Origin: Antedon mediterranea
Taxonomy: Eukaryota > Animalia > Echinodermata
DNA length: 64,000 bases
Assembly (NCBI RefSeq): GCF_964355755.1
Contig: NC_092679.1
Coordinates: 11,143,432 to 11,207,431, forward strand
Direction: 5' to 3'
This document shows, piece by piece, positions 51,746 to 64,000 of this stretch. Every line of letters starts with the position of its first letter. Position 1 is the first letter of the stretch. The translations under genes were made by a program, and so were the position numbers. The notes under the pieces are model-generated. The model made no database searches. It was not told the origin of the DNA and was given only the letters and a program-made list of their open reading frames with translations.

Positions 51746-53870
51746 TATATATCACAGATTTCCTCATCTTTATCGTTTCAAATTAATTAATTAAATTTCA
51801 GTATATCACCGGGCGGTTTAGAATTAATGTTCTTTGCCTGTTGTGTTTATATATATATATATAAATATACAAGTTTCAGCATAGTAAATACGGTGGACAA
51901 ACATTCAAGTGGATGGTCGAAAATGTACTGGAATATGCAGTATGTTTTGTAATTAAAATGGCTAATGAAATTCCAAGTACAATTAGTTCACTTAGTATCA
52001 ACAAATTCAACTTTAAGAGGTACTTGGAGTCTTTCCCAGAAGGCAAAGAAGCCATAGCAATGAAAGAAATATAACGCCTCAGGAAATGCCCAACTAGACA
52101 GACATCGTACATACCTGTTGTACTTTCGTATCACTTGGCCTGCGACAACCGGGTCCTGCAGCTTCTAAAGTACCGCGGTCTCGGAAACAGTCCATCACAG
52201 CTTCGCCAACAAGTCTTAGAGCAACACACAAGGCGGTGGAATGAGAGAGTGGCTCTCTACTTAGAAAATTGCAAGAAGTTCTGTGGTTCTCGTGATGATT
52301 ACATCATTGCTGCTTCTAAATTTGATGAGGTGTCTAAAATGATTCCTGTTCCCACTGTCCAATGGTTTCTCATCATCTACTGCAACGAAGTAATGGGAAG
52401 AATCGACGTACTCAAGGCTTCTATCACATCGACGTTCGGAAGAGTGTTGAAGATTGACTCGACCAAAAGGGTAAATAAATAATTAATAAACAATACTATT
52501 TCTGCAATTTACTTTAATATCTTTTAATTATTTGAATTTTTTTTTTGCAGATTGTGGGCACGCTTTCTTCCTAATAATTCTTATATATTTTTTTTTTGCA
52601 GATTGTGAGGAAGCTAGCCGGTCGTGCATGTGGAACAGGTGAGCGTGCTAGCGACTTACATTTCCAAGCTTACCTGATGGAAGGACTTGTTTGATGGAAT
52701 TCAAACCGTGCACTAGTTGCTACCCAGTCTGGAGCACCCATCTCCAGTACATATAGTGGACTGCATCAGCATGCTCTCAACATACTGGCAGAGCAAGCGA
52801 TTGGCAAAAAAGTGTACAAAAGTTTTATCATTCTAAAAAGTACACTGGAGAACTCATCGGAGTGAAGTATCTGTACAACCAGTCGAACAAAGTGCTCGAA
52901 ACTCAATTTCCTGTTAAAACAGATACAATTAATGATGAAGTTTTTGATGAAGAAATTTAAACTTTTGATGTTGATGAAGGGTATGATGACAAGACTCAAC
53001 CTGACTATAAACCACCTAAGCGTTGTTTTAAACCTCGAAATGCTAAAGAAACCTCACCACCGCAGCTGGAGTCCTTGCCTTCATGTGACGGTAATGATGA
53101 TGATGGTGAAGGAAAAGCAGCCCTTATTGATAGAGTGAGTTAATTAAATTTGTATTATTTGCTTTTCACAAATTTTGTTTCTGTTTTGAAATAAAATGCA
53201 TGAGTCTAATTATTTATTTTGTTTTCATATTTTACAATTTAGGAAATGGAGGATTCCACTGGACCGGACAACATTCCAGGCTACGCCAAAGTTGAAGCCC
53301 AGGCAGACTATCTTATGCAGTTTAAGAAAGACAGTGGAAAAACTATGTGAAGCGTATCCATCTACCGTATCTATCGAAGTTAAACATTTCCAGCGCTGGC
53401 TGCTCATTACCAAAGGCTACAAGAACATTCGTCGGAAAGTGCTATCGAATGGACACCTGATGTTGTTTGCTAAGCTTCAGTTGAAGATAAATCGTACGAC
53501 ACTCGTCCAGTGGTGAGTTTTAACTTGTTATTGATGTTTTTTTACACTACAGTAAATACATTCAAGTTTTTAAATACTGTGTTAGATTTATTTCCAACAG
53601 GTACAACAGAACATCAAAGAAGCAAGAGGGGCAAGTGCTGGAATCTGGCATCTCAGCAACATTATCCAAACTTGTCTCTGATAAAACCCTACTTGAACCT
53701 TTAACCAAGCCATCGGTGCTAAGCGTTCCTACAAGCGCTCCATCTTTCAAATTTGTCCTACCTAAAAACACTTCCGGCCTAGGAAACAGACCGTCGATCC
53801 CAGTTCAAGGCGAGATAGCAAAGCCACCACCATCAGTCCCTGAGGCTAGCAGTACTCCCATTCCTAGAAC

Positions 53871-55131
53871 CAGACGTTCCAATCCTCCCGATTTATCCGG
53901 GAGTCTCCCGAATTTTAACATCACCTCCCGGTCTCCCGAATTTTAAATATATCTCCCGATTTCACACATTTCTATAAAATTCAGTATTATTGCATTAAAT
54001 TAAAATCTATCTTCCCACGAAAGTTAATATTGCAAATTAATTTAATCTCACACGTCGTACGTACCACCCCGTATGATACAACGAACATGTAATGTATGTA
54101 AAGATTGTATAGCATAGTACAGCCATGGATGGTACAGCGTACTGTAAGGCGACGTCCTTTGTGTTTACCGACAGTACGCGATTCTTACCTTTAGCGATGA
54201 AGCTACAGTATCGCTTTATCAGTAGAGTAGGCGCACGTGTACTGAAACTTTTTCCTGGTTACAAGTTTGACCTAATTCCCATGCCCAGGGAAGGCATCGT
54301 TAGTGTAGTAGTAGTAGTAGTAGTAGTAGTAGTACTATGCGACGTCCTTTGTGTTTACCGACAGTACGCGATGAATCTACAGTATCAGTAGTAGTAGGCG
54401 CACGTGTACTGAAATTGCTAGTTACAAAGTTCTTTGACCCAATTGCAATGCCCAGGCATCGATCGTACCATCGTACAGTACTGTATGTATTCTCACTGCG
54501 CATGTATCGGAAAAGTACTTGTAGTATTGTATTTTGCGTACATACTTTCGCGAATTGCAATCACTCGTGACATTTTCTGGTTTTACAGTATGTCGGAAAA
54601 ACGTAGTAGCGTAGTTTTAGAGACTAAAGAAAGTTGTAAAAAGAAAAAATATAAAACTAGATTTTCTAATGAATGGGAAAAATACGTTTCCGTTTGTTAG
54701 TGCGAGTAATCAACACGTTACCGAGAGTGAATACAAGTTTTGTTGCACTATTTGTAACGTGAATTTGTCATGCTCACAGGGAGGAATCAACGATGTTGCT
54801 GTACGCTACACTCCAAGTTGTTTGTTTTAATTTGTATTTTTGTTAATGAATTATTACAACTAAGTACAGATTTGATTTGTACTATGAATGGTTTTTTATT
54901 TAAGTGTATACAACAATATAAATTTAGTAAATAAAGTTTGATTTATAATCACCAAACAAGTTCTTTTCTTTTTGTTTGTATTACTCTGATTTGCAAAGAG
55001 CTGTCTTAAGATTCGTGTTGGTAGTACAGTATAGTTTTATTATTGAACGTTGGTGGCGACAGACATCACAGTGTTAACGTTGGTGGCGGTATACTCTCCC
55101 GATTTTTAATTCATTTAGGTTGGAACGTCTG
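53871..55131 (+). mobile_element. hAT-type deletion derivative with 6-bp TSD (hAT6-like), retaining the BED-finger start
   Basis: TIR cagacgttccaa / ttggaacgtctg; TSD tagaac at 53865-53870 and 55132-55137; KYKTRFSNEWE..FCCTICNVNLSCSQGGINDV at 54590-54800; internal (gta)n and a ~120-bp duplication. Confidence 0.85.
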
Positions 55132-55239
55132 TAGAACTACCCTTTTGTACAGAAAACGAGTGGGAAGGGAAACAGATCAAAATGTACAAACCAAGAACGT
55201 CTGCAATTGTGTGCTCAAAGTGTAAGCAACCAAGGTTAA

Positions 55240-56831
55240 AGGGGGATTCTGGGTTTAAAATTGCTTTTAAATATCGTTTATTTATTAAATAAAAAATATT
55301 ATAACAATATAGACATGTCAGAATGAAGAAGTAATAACGAGAAATTAAAAAAATTAAATTTCATATACATTTTAGGGTAAATTCATGGAAAGTCTGTTTT
55401 TCAGCAGCTTAGGGAAGCTCATTAATATTCATGAGATATTCACAAAATCACGTCATCAGTGGATTCCAAACTCGCGACGTCAAGCTTGTACGTTGTGTTC
55501 TCTCTCCTTTGTCAAACGACGACCACCCGATCATTGTGAAATACATTTTTTGTAGATTTGCTAAGAAGCTAGGCCTAAAGTGTAATAATAACAGTAGTAG
55601 CATATATTTATTTGACATTTAATGAAATACAAAATTTAGTACAGATTACGGAGTCATAAATTATACTATTTTTATACCTCGAATTAATAGTACAGATCGT
55701 ATATCGGCTTCACGTACTAGGCTAGGCCTAGACTAAATCATTTTATTCATGCCGGGGTGAGAGCCATTTCTGACTAGGGATTCCATGCCACGATGGCCAT
55801 CATTCATGGGCCTAGCTAGCCTATTACTAAACGATTGGCCCATAAATAACAAAACTCAGTGGATTCCAAACCCATCCTATCAACCAAACTCCTAAACAAT
55901 CTAAACCTAAAACGTTCTACAAAAATCGGCTGTAAATATTGGGGCAAAACAAGGTCCGATCGCCGTCCGCACGTATGGTCTAATAAGTAGGCCTAGTTTA
56001 CTCTCCAAAAAATCGTATACTGCATCAAGCAAGTAGACCGGTAGTAGGAAGGAGACCTAGCCTAGCCTAGCCGATCCGGCCCAGTTAAAAATTGAGCTAG
56101 CTAGTGTAGTAGACCCTATGCGAATTGATACTACCAGGCCTTTTACTATAGGCTACACTTGTTAATATTAGCAATACTGTACTTATGTTTACAAATATTC
56201 CAACTCTCTCATTCGAGCTATATTATCTATACCATTCCGGTAGGTTGAGAGTCGACCTTCAATCAAATACTGTACATCGTTGTTCATGTTGTGATATAGA
56301 CGGGGTATACTCGACCCGACCAGTTTGGTATTGTATACTGTATCTGCTTATCACGTGACGATGCCAGGCATGGGCAGAGAGAGCACGTGTATCGTCGTCT
56401 CGCTCTCCTCGCTCAGCAGGAATGTATACGTTACGCTTCATTGATTTTGAAGGCTTTCCCTAAGTCAGTGCGAAAATCGGCAAACGTAAAGTGCAAACTT
56501 ATCTAATTTTTCACTGTTTTGATGGATTTTCATAGAAAATTGATTTTATAAATGGGAAGACCGACTAAAATTACATCAGATAAGTATAATTTTACAAAAG
56601 TAATTGATATGGTTATTGATAACGAGTCGTCGGAAGATTGACCATTTCACGAATTTCGTATTCTGTAACCACAGTGTGATTTTGCCGTAGCTGCACTTGT
56701 AATCTGGCCTCATTTCACAGCCTTAGTTCTGCTTCACTGGGCGCTTATATAAATTGAAACTTTTACCGTTCAAGAGACAAACAAATATATTTTACATTTT
56801 TTACTATTCATTTTAAACCCGGAACCCCCCT
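55240..56831. mobile_element. Kolobok-type non-autonomous element (TTAA TSD)
   Basis: TTAA at 55236-55239 and 56832-56835; imperfect TIR agggggattctgggtttaaaat / attttaaacccggaacccccct. Confidence 0.8.
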
Positions 56832-57929
56832 TTAACTAAGAACCACACTCGGTACTATGGAAATTGGTATTGTGCTGCAACAGCTGATGTGACTTTTGAA
56901 GAATGGAAATCGGCTATGGTTGCCAACGGTCACCTTCGTCAAGAGCGGGGAAAAAAAACAGCAACAAGAATGATTCCAAATGATTTTTGTAGCCATTGAT
57001 AGAGTGTTTATACTGTTTCATATATATATCTTCTATTTTTTTTTGTTCTGTGATTTTATATTTACTTTTTACAAAATATTTTGTATTTTATGCAATTTGG
57101 CCATTGGGCCACCATATCTAATATATTCTGAATGTGCAATAAAGTTAATAATAATTTTTAAAAAAAAAAGGTTTTTAATGCTGCCAAATCCAAAGAGCAA
57201 TGATTAATGTTGTAAATTATTTTGTAATTTTTATAAATTACATTCAGTTTTAATTATTACATTATAATTTACATTATATCATTCATTGCACTTTGTATTT
57301 GAAGGTCCCAAGCCTGTACAAAAAAATCAGAGGGGAAACTTTTGCAGTTAAGTGTACGGTACATTAAATGGTGAATTCTATATTCTTGTCAAGAGTATTT
57401 CCTTAGTAGTGTAAATTCTCAAATATTTTATATTTATTTCAAGAGCAATTCCACTACAATTCATTTTAATTCCTTCCACCAATTCTAATAATATATACAA
57501 TATTGATTGACAATTGTTCACACGCTAAAAACACAACAAAAAAACGTCTCGTCATATTAAAAAAACTAACAATTAATACAACATACATATATTGTAGTCG
57601 TTTTAAACGGTAAATTTTTTTTAAACAAATTCATGACGTACTATAGTACAAGGATTTTGTTTCGAAAATTGGATAAAAAAATGTTGACTTTCTCAAATTT
57701 TAACAAAAAATTAATCTATTATTTAATATTTGTATTCATTTAATACATCGATCATGTGATAAACCCCTAAAATTGACAGTTTTTAGTATGCCGGTATTCA
57801 AAACAACCTCCTAGATTCTTGGGCCCCATTGGCCAATTGTCCAGTTTCCTCATTATCTAATGACCCAGTCCAATTCAGTTTTAATGACCCACATGGCTCT
57901 GTCCATTTCTTGTCCATTTCTTTTTGCGT

Positions 57930-58550
57930 TCTTTACTTTTCCGAATGAGAAGATTGAGCTGTACCCTATTGGCAGAGGCCGTAGCAAAACAGATGAAGAA
58001 ACCGACCGACACGTCTCCTGCAACTGATTTACCAGAGGGAGATGGATCATCGGCGAATGAAGAAGAGATTACCCCTTTAATCAGTGACCTTCTCGAAGGT
58101 GAGCTGTCAACAGGGTGTCAATTGACAATGATGAACACTATTACCTTGGGGGTCGGACATTCTGCTTCCCACCAAAACAAAAATTTGGAACGATCGATAT
58201 ATCGAAATAAGGTCTCTGTTCGCTAACCAACGCGCATGTGTCGGTGACTACAGCAGGAAACCAATTGCGAGTCGAGAGCAACCAAAAACGGAAACAGCTC
58301 ACGGTTTTAGAATGGCAACAGGAGTTCCACATCTATGCAGCCATTTTCTTCCCAAAGGAAGTTTTAAAATATGCGAACAGCATTTTGGAGTTGTCAATTA
58401 CCGCCCAGAACAATACATGGCGAGCATACGATAAACAATTCCAAAGAGCCCGTCTACGACGCTCGTTGAAGTGGGAGGTACTGCACCCTGAACTGATGCT
58501 AAAGCTAGTGACAATGTCAATTGGTCCCGATGACCACTTCAAGGATTAAC
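57930..58550 (+). mobile_element. Ngaro/DIRS-group ORF1 (gag-like) fragment
   Basis: LTVLEWQQEFHIYAAIF..LKYANSILELS..WRAYDKQFQRAR..WEVLHPEL matches the W..AF.IY..W..YD..FR pattern I recognise from Ngaro ORF1. Confidence 0.65.
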
Positions 58551-59607
58551 GTTAATCACGGTGCACCGCGTTACACAGATACAATTTTGACACAGCCCCT
58601 AACAATGTGTACAATAACCCTAATCACTGTACTATATTATCTTGGTAAAAGTTCTTTGAGATATTTGGGATACACAAGATGCCATTACCCTTTATAAGCC
58701 TGTACCATCTTAGCATGGAGGTATAAAAAAGGAGATTCAACTAGCTAATAGAGATTAAAATGCTGTGTGCTATATGAAATATGACTGACTTCCTCGGACG
58801 CTGATTGGCTCGCTCAAATGAGTTAAAAAATCCGCCTTCCGCTCTGCCACGCAGGACTTCGCCTTTCATCGTTGTCAGTGCAGCCGGTCGTTTATACGCT
58901 TGTTACAAGGCCCCTTAGCATTTAAGTCGCCCCGAACATGTATTTTAAACACTATTTTAGTTGTTTTAGCTTCTAGAGAGAGGGCTTGTGGGGTCAGAGG
59001 TTAACTTATCCGAAACCATATTGAATTGAAACCATTAAAAAATCAAGTAATATTTACCAAAATAACCAGAAGTTTTTATGGTTTTTATATTATATATCGA
59101 TAACACGATAAGCTCGGAAAATGATTTTTTTTTGTAATAATTATTTAATAATTTCAATTTCAAACCGTGAAAATCCCGACCGTGTACACGCGTGTATATT
59201 TTCTCTACATGCATTGCAACATCGGGCTTTTTCTCGACGAGTCGCTTGTTGGTTCATCAAGTGTGACGTAATCAACAGGTTAGGAAGATAATGCTAGGGC
59301 TAGGTCTAGGCCCTAGAGTATCCTTCTTGTTTGATATTATAATTCGTGAACCTATTCAACATTGTTATTAATATAATTTATAGGCTAAATTATATTATAA
59401 TTAATAAAATGGTGAACACGTTTTAGTACGACAGAGTAGGATAGGCTTAGTAAGGCTACTAGGCCCGGGCCTACTAGCTAGGCCTACTAGAGTCTAGGCC
59501 TAGACTACCACTAGCTAGTTAATTAGTTATCCGCTTGGTAGATAACTCCTTGTTATTGTATTGGATCAATATTTTTTTTCTGTATTGTTCTTCTTTCTTT
59601 CTTGCTT

Positions 59608-60233
59608 TTTTGTGCATCTCGTTTCTCTAAAATGTGTAAACATAACATTTCATAACTTTGACAACATGTGGCCATTTACGTAAAGTTGTGCGCCTTTTAT
59701 TTTGAATGACGTCAGAGTTGCGCAACGTGACGTACGTGCGATTTTATGATTTTAAATGATTGATCATAGATTAAAAACCAAGCTTTATTTTTTTTTTTTA
59801 ACTTGGTGAAAATCTAAGTCATATCAAGGTCAAACTTTCTATGGATTAAAAATGGCATGTTTCACGAGCATTGAAAATTTCAAAATGCGCAAAATTAATT
59901 TCTAATCAACTTTCGACGCTTTTTGTGCATCTCGTTTCTCTAAAATGTGTAAACATAACATTTCATAACTTTGACAACATGTGGCCATTTACGTAAAGTT
60001 GTGCGCCTTTTATTTTGAATGACGTCAGAGTTGCGCAACGTGACGTACGTGCGATTTTATGATTTTAAATGATTGATCATAGATTAAAAACCAAGCTTTA
60101 TTTTTTTTTTTTAACTTGGTGAAAATCTAAGTCATATCAAGGTCAAACTTTCTATGGATTAAAAATGGCATGTTTCACGAGCATTGAAAATTTCAAAATG
60201 CGCAAAATTAATTTCTAATCAACTTTCGACGCT
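59608..60233 (+). repeat. 313-bp tandem duplication, apparently identical copies
   Basis: 59608-59920 repeated at 59921-60233. Confidence 0.9.
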
Positions 60234-60379
60234 GATCATGACATTTTGAGCATGTCAAAAATTCCTGCGCGCGTGAAAGTTTTTCACACGGAGTATGAAA
60301 AACATATTTTTTTCTCTTGAATTATATTTTTAAGCCTTTCCTAGTAATTTTGAAAACAATTTAGGCCTTTTCCAGTTTA

Positions 60380-63095
60380 AATAACGCCATACGAACATGT
60401 TGAATTAGACAATTCGCGCGCGTTTTTTATGAAAAAGGTTAAAAAAGAATTTCCTGAAATTCTGACAGAAGATAATTCAGAATGTTTATTGACATGGATA
60501 TGGAAATCAGCAATTTGCTGTGGAAACACTGAGTTCATGCAACTTTGTCGCAAGCAATCACCATCAAACCTAGCAGTGTTTAATAGTATTTCTGGATCAA
60601 CAGTTGCAATGGAAGAGGACACAAATGGTGAAAGAACAATAAGGCACATGAACTGCTGTATATTTGTTGAGGGAAATCGCTGTGAAGTATGCACAATGTA
60701 TAGAACAACTTTAATGTCTAAAAGGTCAAGAATTAATGATCAAAAAGCAGTAGACATTAGTTCTCATGCACGAACTGGTCAGTTAAACAATGATCAGTTA
60801 AGGAAAAAGTTGATGTTGGTGTCAAATGACTAAGTTTTTCCTGACCTTAAAGAAAAAGTAAGGAAGTCATTTGAAGATGATTCTAGTCCACTGCAAGAAA
60901 CAATGTCTGAAGCTCTACAGAAACTGTGTCAGAACAATTTAAGGAAGGTTCTACACAAAGACTACTATGGGATGAACAAGTGGCTGCCAATAAATCATCT
61001 GCAACAGGTCGTCGTTGGTACCCAGCAATAATTCGTTTTTGCTTAGCGTTGCACATGAAGTCTACTGCAGCTTACCGTATTATTAGGAACTCTGGCTACT
61101 GGACCCTAAGGAACTACACACATTTTACTGATGCAAAGTCTGGTTTTAATCCTGATGTTATCCTGCGGATAAAGCATGATGTACATTTTAATGCATTACC
61201 TGATTTTAGTAAAATTGTTTCATTAAGTTTTGATGAAATGAAAATAAACGCAGGTCTTGTGTATTCTAGCAAATCGGGTAATCTTGTTGGATTCTCCAGT
61301 ATGGGATCAATGAACGAAGCCATGGACAATTTTGCAAGGGAGTTGGACTCTGACAAAAATAAACAACAAAAGGAAGCATCACACATGTTGTCTCTGATGG
61401 TTCGGGGCATGTTTATGCCTTTACATGACACATTCGCACATTTCCCCACTCACGGCTGCAAGAGTTATAATTTATATTGGATCATATGGAAAGCTGTGAC
61501 ATGGCTAGAGTATGCAGGATTCAGAGTTTGTGGTGCAAGTCCAAATCAAAAATTTTAAGGACAGCATGGAACATCTGTTTCTTCAGAAGTTGTCTTTTCA
61601 ACCAATAGTCCATATACGAAAAGGAATATCTATTTCATTTGCGACATTCCACACTTGTTAAAGACTAAAAGAAATAATCTCGAAAACTCTGGATTTAACT
61701 CAAAATCAAGAAACTTGCATGTGAGTTATACATTTTAATTTTTTTTTTTCATACCAGTTTTTACTAGTGTAAACACAATTTTCCCCCCACTTTATGCTAC
61801 AGTGGGAAGCTCTTCATTTATTTTTCTCTTTTTTTTTGCAGTTTAATCATAAAGATCTAAAGTGGAATCAGTTGCTCACCTTGGTAGAAGAAGATATTGG
61901 ATGTGGTAGTGGCCTAAGAAAACTCCACAAAATACGCCACAAGCATTTATACCTTACGCCAAGCTTACGGATGAAAGTTAAACTAGCTGTCCAGGTAATT
62001 TTAGTTTGTTTTTTTAGTTTTTAGCCATCTGAGATGCACTGCAATTTTAAATTGACTTCTTTCTTGTTGTCTAGGCAAATACATTTTTAAAAGTTGTTAT
62101 CATAGTTGAGAATCTGTTAGAATATAGAAGTGTGGATGAATCAAGATTAAAGGTACAGATTTGTTTTTCAAATTGTTATTAAAGAATTTCAGATAAATTA
62201 TCCTAATACACCTATTGAAAAAGGATCGTCAACACATAGTCAACCAAACATGAAGATCTGTTTACCCATGGAGTTATATTTTTATACCACCATGATTTAA
62301 CTGAAAAGTTCAGCCAAGATTTACACTTACCCCAGTGAATTTGGGGTATACACCTAAGTGTATCCTTGCCATTTGATTGGTTGATAAGGTATCATGTGAC
62401 ATGCATTTTTTCAATCCATCCTTGCATTCAGGTGGCATATTGAATATTTTATTCATGGAATGGGCTAGTCCATCTTTCAATGGTTACTCATGAATTCATT
62501 TTTTACTGTCTTTTAGTGGCTTGTAGATGGTTTCCTCGGCTTTCTTAATACATGGGAGAATCAGTGTTTGGAAACACCAAATACAACAGCAGCAGAAAAG
62601 AACAGGATGTGCCTGAGTCGTGAAACACTAAGAATAACAGGTTATTTTTTTTCTTTTCATTTATGTCTAGCCATAGATTGTTTGATAGGTTGCAAAAGCA
62701 CAATCTAATAAGTTCTTTATTTTTCAGTATATTAAAAAGTAAATGTTAACCAAGGATAAATCCAATGGGCTTGCGACCCCTGTCTTCTAGCCTGACACAT
62801 CAAATCCTGTAAAGTAAATGTCAATCTTAATTCCTAATAATTGTATTGTTAAAAACTATATTAAAGCAAATATTAATACAATAAATGCTTATTTGAAACT
62901 TACAAAGGAATTGCTTGCTACTGATGGTGTGGACTAAACCAAGATCCTATCGAGGAATACTTTAGCAAACAGAGAGGATGTGGAGGAAGAAATGAAAACC
63001 CAACAGTTCATCAATTCCAACATAACGCATTGACACTACAAGTTGCAGGAGCCAGAAGTGTAACTGGTTCAATCCACTCAAACACCAGGATAGTA
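60380..63095 (+). mobile_element. P-element (THAP9-like) transposase pseudogene with introns
   Basis: GRRWYPAIIRFCLALHMKSTAAY, LSFDEMKI..LVY..LVGF, SLMVRG, YFICDIPHLLKT.RNN, RMKVKLAVQV, QDPIEEYFSKQRGCGGRNENPT. Confidence 0.88.
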
Positions 63096-63304
63096 GTACA
63101 GTTAACCCCATCGTCTTTTCCATCGTTTGTCACTCTATTCAGGGAACACTATATAAGGGAGATAGCCTATTTGCTCTTCGTTCATTTCACGGGAATGTGG
63201 ACAGTTTGCCATTAAATAAATACACTTTACGTTCAATCTGCAGGGACACCCTTATTAAAGGACACTTGTTTGGGTTTCTGCGGAAAACATGCCAATGTAT
63301 CCCC

Positions 63305-63457
63305 TAAAGCTCTGTCTACACTATCAAACTTTATGTGACAACAAAATGTGATGTGACCATAATATATGGACATGATAATACCATACCATTACTATATTTG
63401 GGGATATCACTACCATAATTTTAGTACATCACACTTTTTTTCAAACTAGTTTTTGAT
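63305..63457. mobile_element. Small MITE remnant (left TIR aagctctgtctacactatcaaact; right end truncated)
   Basis: Internal inverted symmetry (tgtgatgt..atatgg / ccata..acatcaca; tatcaaact / agttttgata). Confidence 0.5.
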
Positions 63458-64000
63458 AATACTGTATAATATAGTTTTAAGATAATGGTTTTGGATTTAT
63501 AAATTTTTTGCAACCATGGCCGTAGTCATGGTTTGAAATTACAAGAGATACGCGTGGCATGCGACAGTACAAGTGCAACTTAGCTTAGTTATTTACCTGG
63601 GAAAATTTGGACATTACTAACCTACTAACTCACCAATGGTAGCAATAATTGGTACATAAAGCCAACTTAGCGGGTAAATAACTAAGTCTGAACAGGCCCT
63701 TATATAACTATTTGAAAGTGCTTTTAACCACAAAAAAATGAGGGAAAAATCAAGCTGTATTGTCTGCACCCACGTCATTATTAATTATTGGCAAGTCAAT
63801 GCTATGATTATGCTGGTAAACACAACAGTAATAATATACAGAGATCAAGTAAGCAATCACTTAATCCTCCGATACAAAAGCGTTTGTTCAATAAATTTAT
63901 CTCTTATCTCTCCTCCTTATGAAATTTTAAACACTGTTTTGCAATCGTAATATCATTTACAATGTTTAATATTACAAATGTCACTTTTCTATTATTTCCA

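Larger units (their letters stand above)
52075..56960 (+). mobile_element. Intron-containing DUF6729-type putative DDE transposase pseudogene, split by two nested elements
   Basis: LACDNRVLQLL..LGNSPSQL..KASITSTFGRVLKIDSTKR|IVRKLAG, LHFQAYLMEGL, YTGELIGVKYLYNQ, GPDNIPGY, INRTTLVQW; C-terminal CSKCKQPRLTKNHTRYYGNWYC is restored after removing the inserts. Confidence 0.7.

Noticed and set aside
58760-58940. Ngaro/DIRS terminal repeat
   Set aside because: The resemblance is only impressionistic, and no second copy exists in the window to confirm it.
60926-61558. Domesticated THAP9 gene
   Set aside because: Internal deletions, frameshifts and stops, and no THAP domain seen; it is a dead P element.

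Overview
This is an AT-rich animal (invertebrate) genomic window with no recognisable intact host gene and no rRNA, tRNA or CRISPR. The abundant TAGGCCTA motifs loosely suggest an echinoderm, but that is only an inference. It is a dense, nested transposon graveyard. Retroelement remnants come from Tx1/L1, L2/CR1, RTE, Penelope (with hammerhead ribozymes), Gypsy (4-5 copies), BEL/Pao and Ngaro/DIRS. DNA-element remnants come from Helitron, AcademX, MULE-NOF, Zator, Chapaev, a RAG1-core-like transposase, hAT, Kolobok, a Harbinger-like MITE, a DUF6729-type transposase and a P element. Several satellites lie between them. Many insertion boundaries can be resolved to the base from TIRs, TSDs and restored host reading frames. 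Highlights: (i) a strong co-orientation of TE fragments on the + strand, resembling a uni-strand piRNA cluster; (ii) a Chapaev family with RAG1-like Chapa+RING N-terminus and CACAG termini, near a separate RAG1-core-like remnant; (iii) a Penelope insertion with inverted hammerhead-bearing pLTRs and an 18-bp TSD; (iv) a 959-bp local copy inserted with a 16-bp TSD; (v) a clean inversion inside a Gypsy element bounded by 13-bp inverted microhomology; (vi) a Helitron carrying a hAT fragment. Family assignments rest on motifs recognised by eye, not on database searches.
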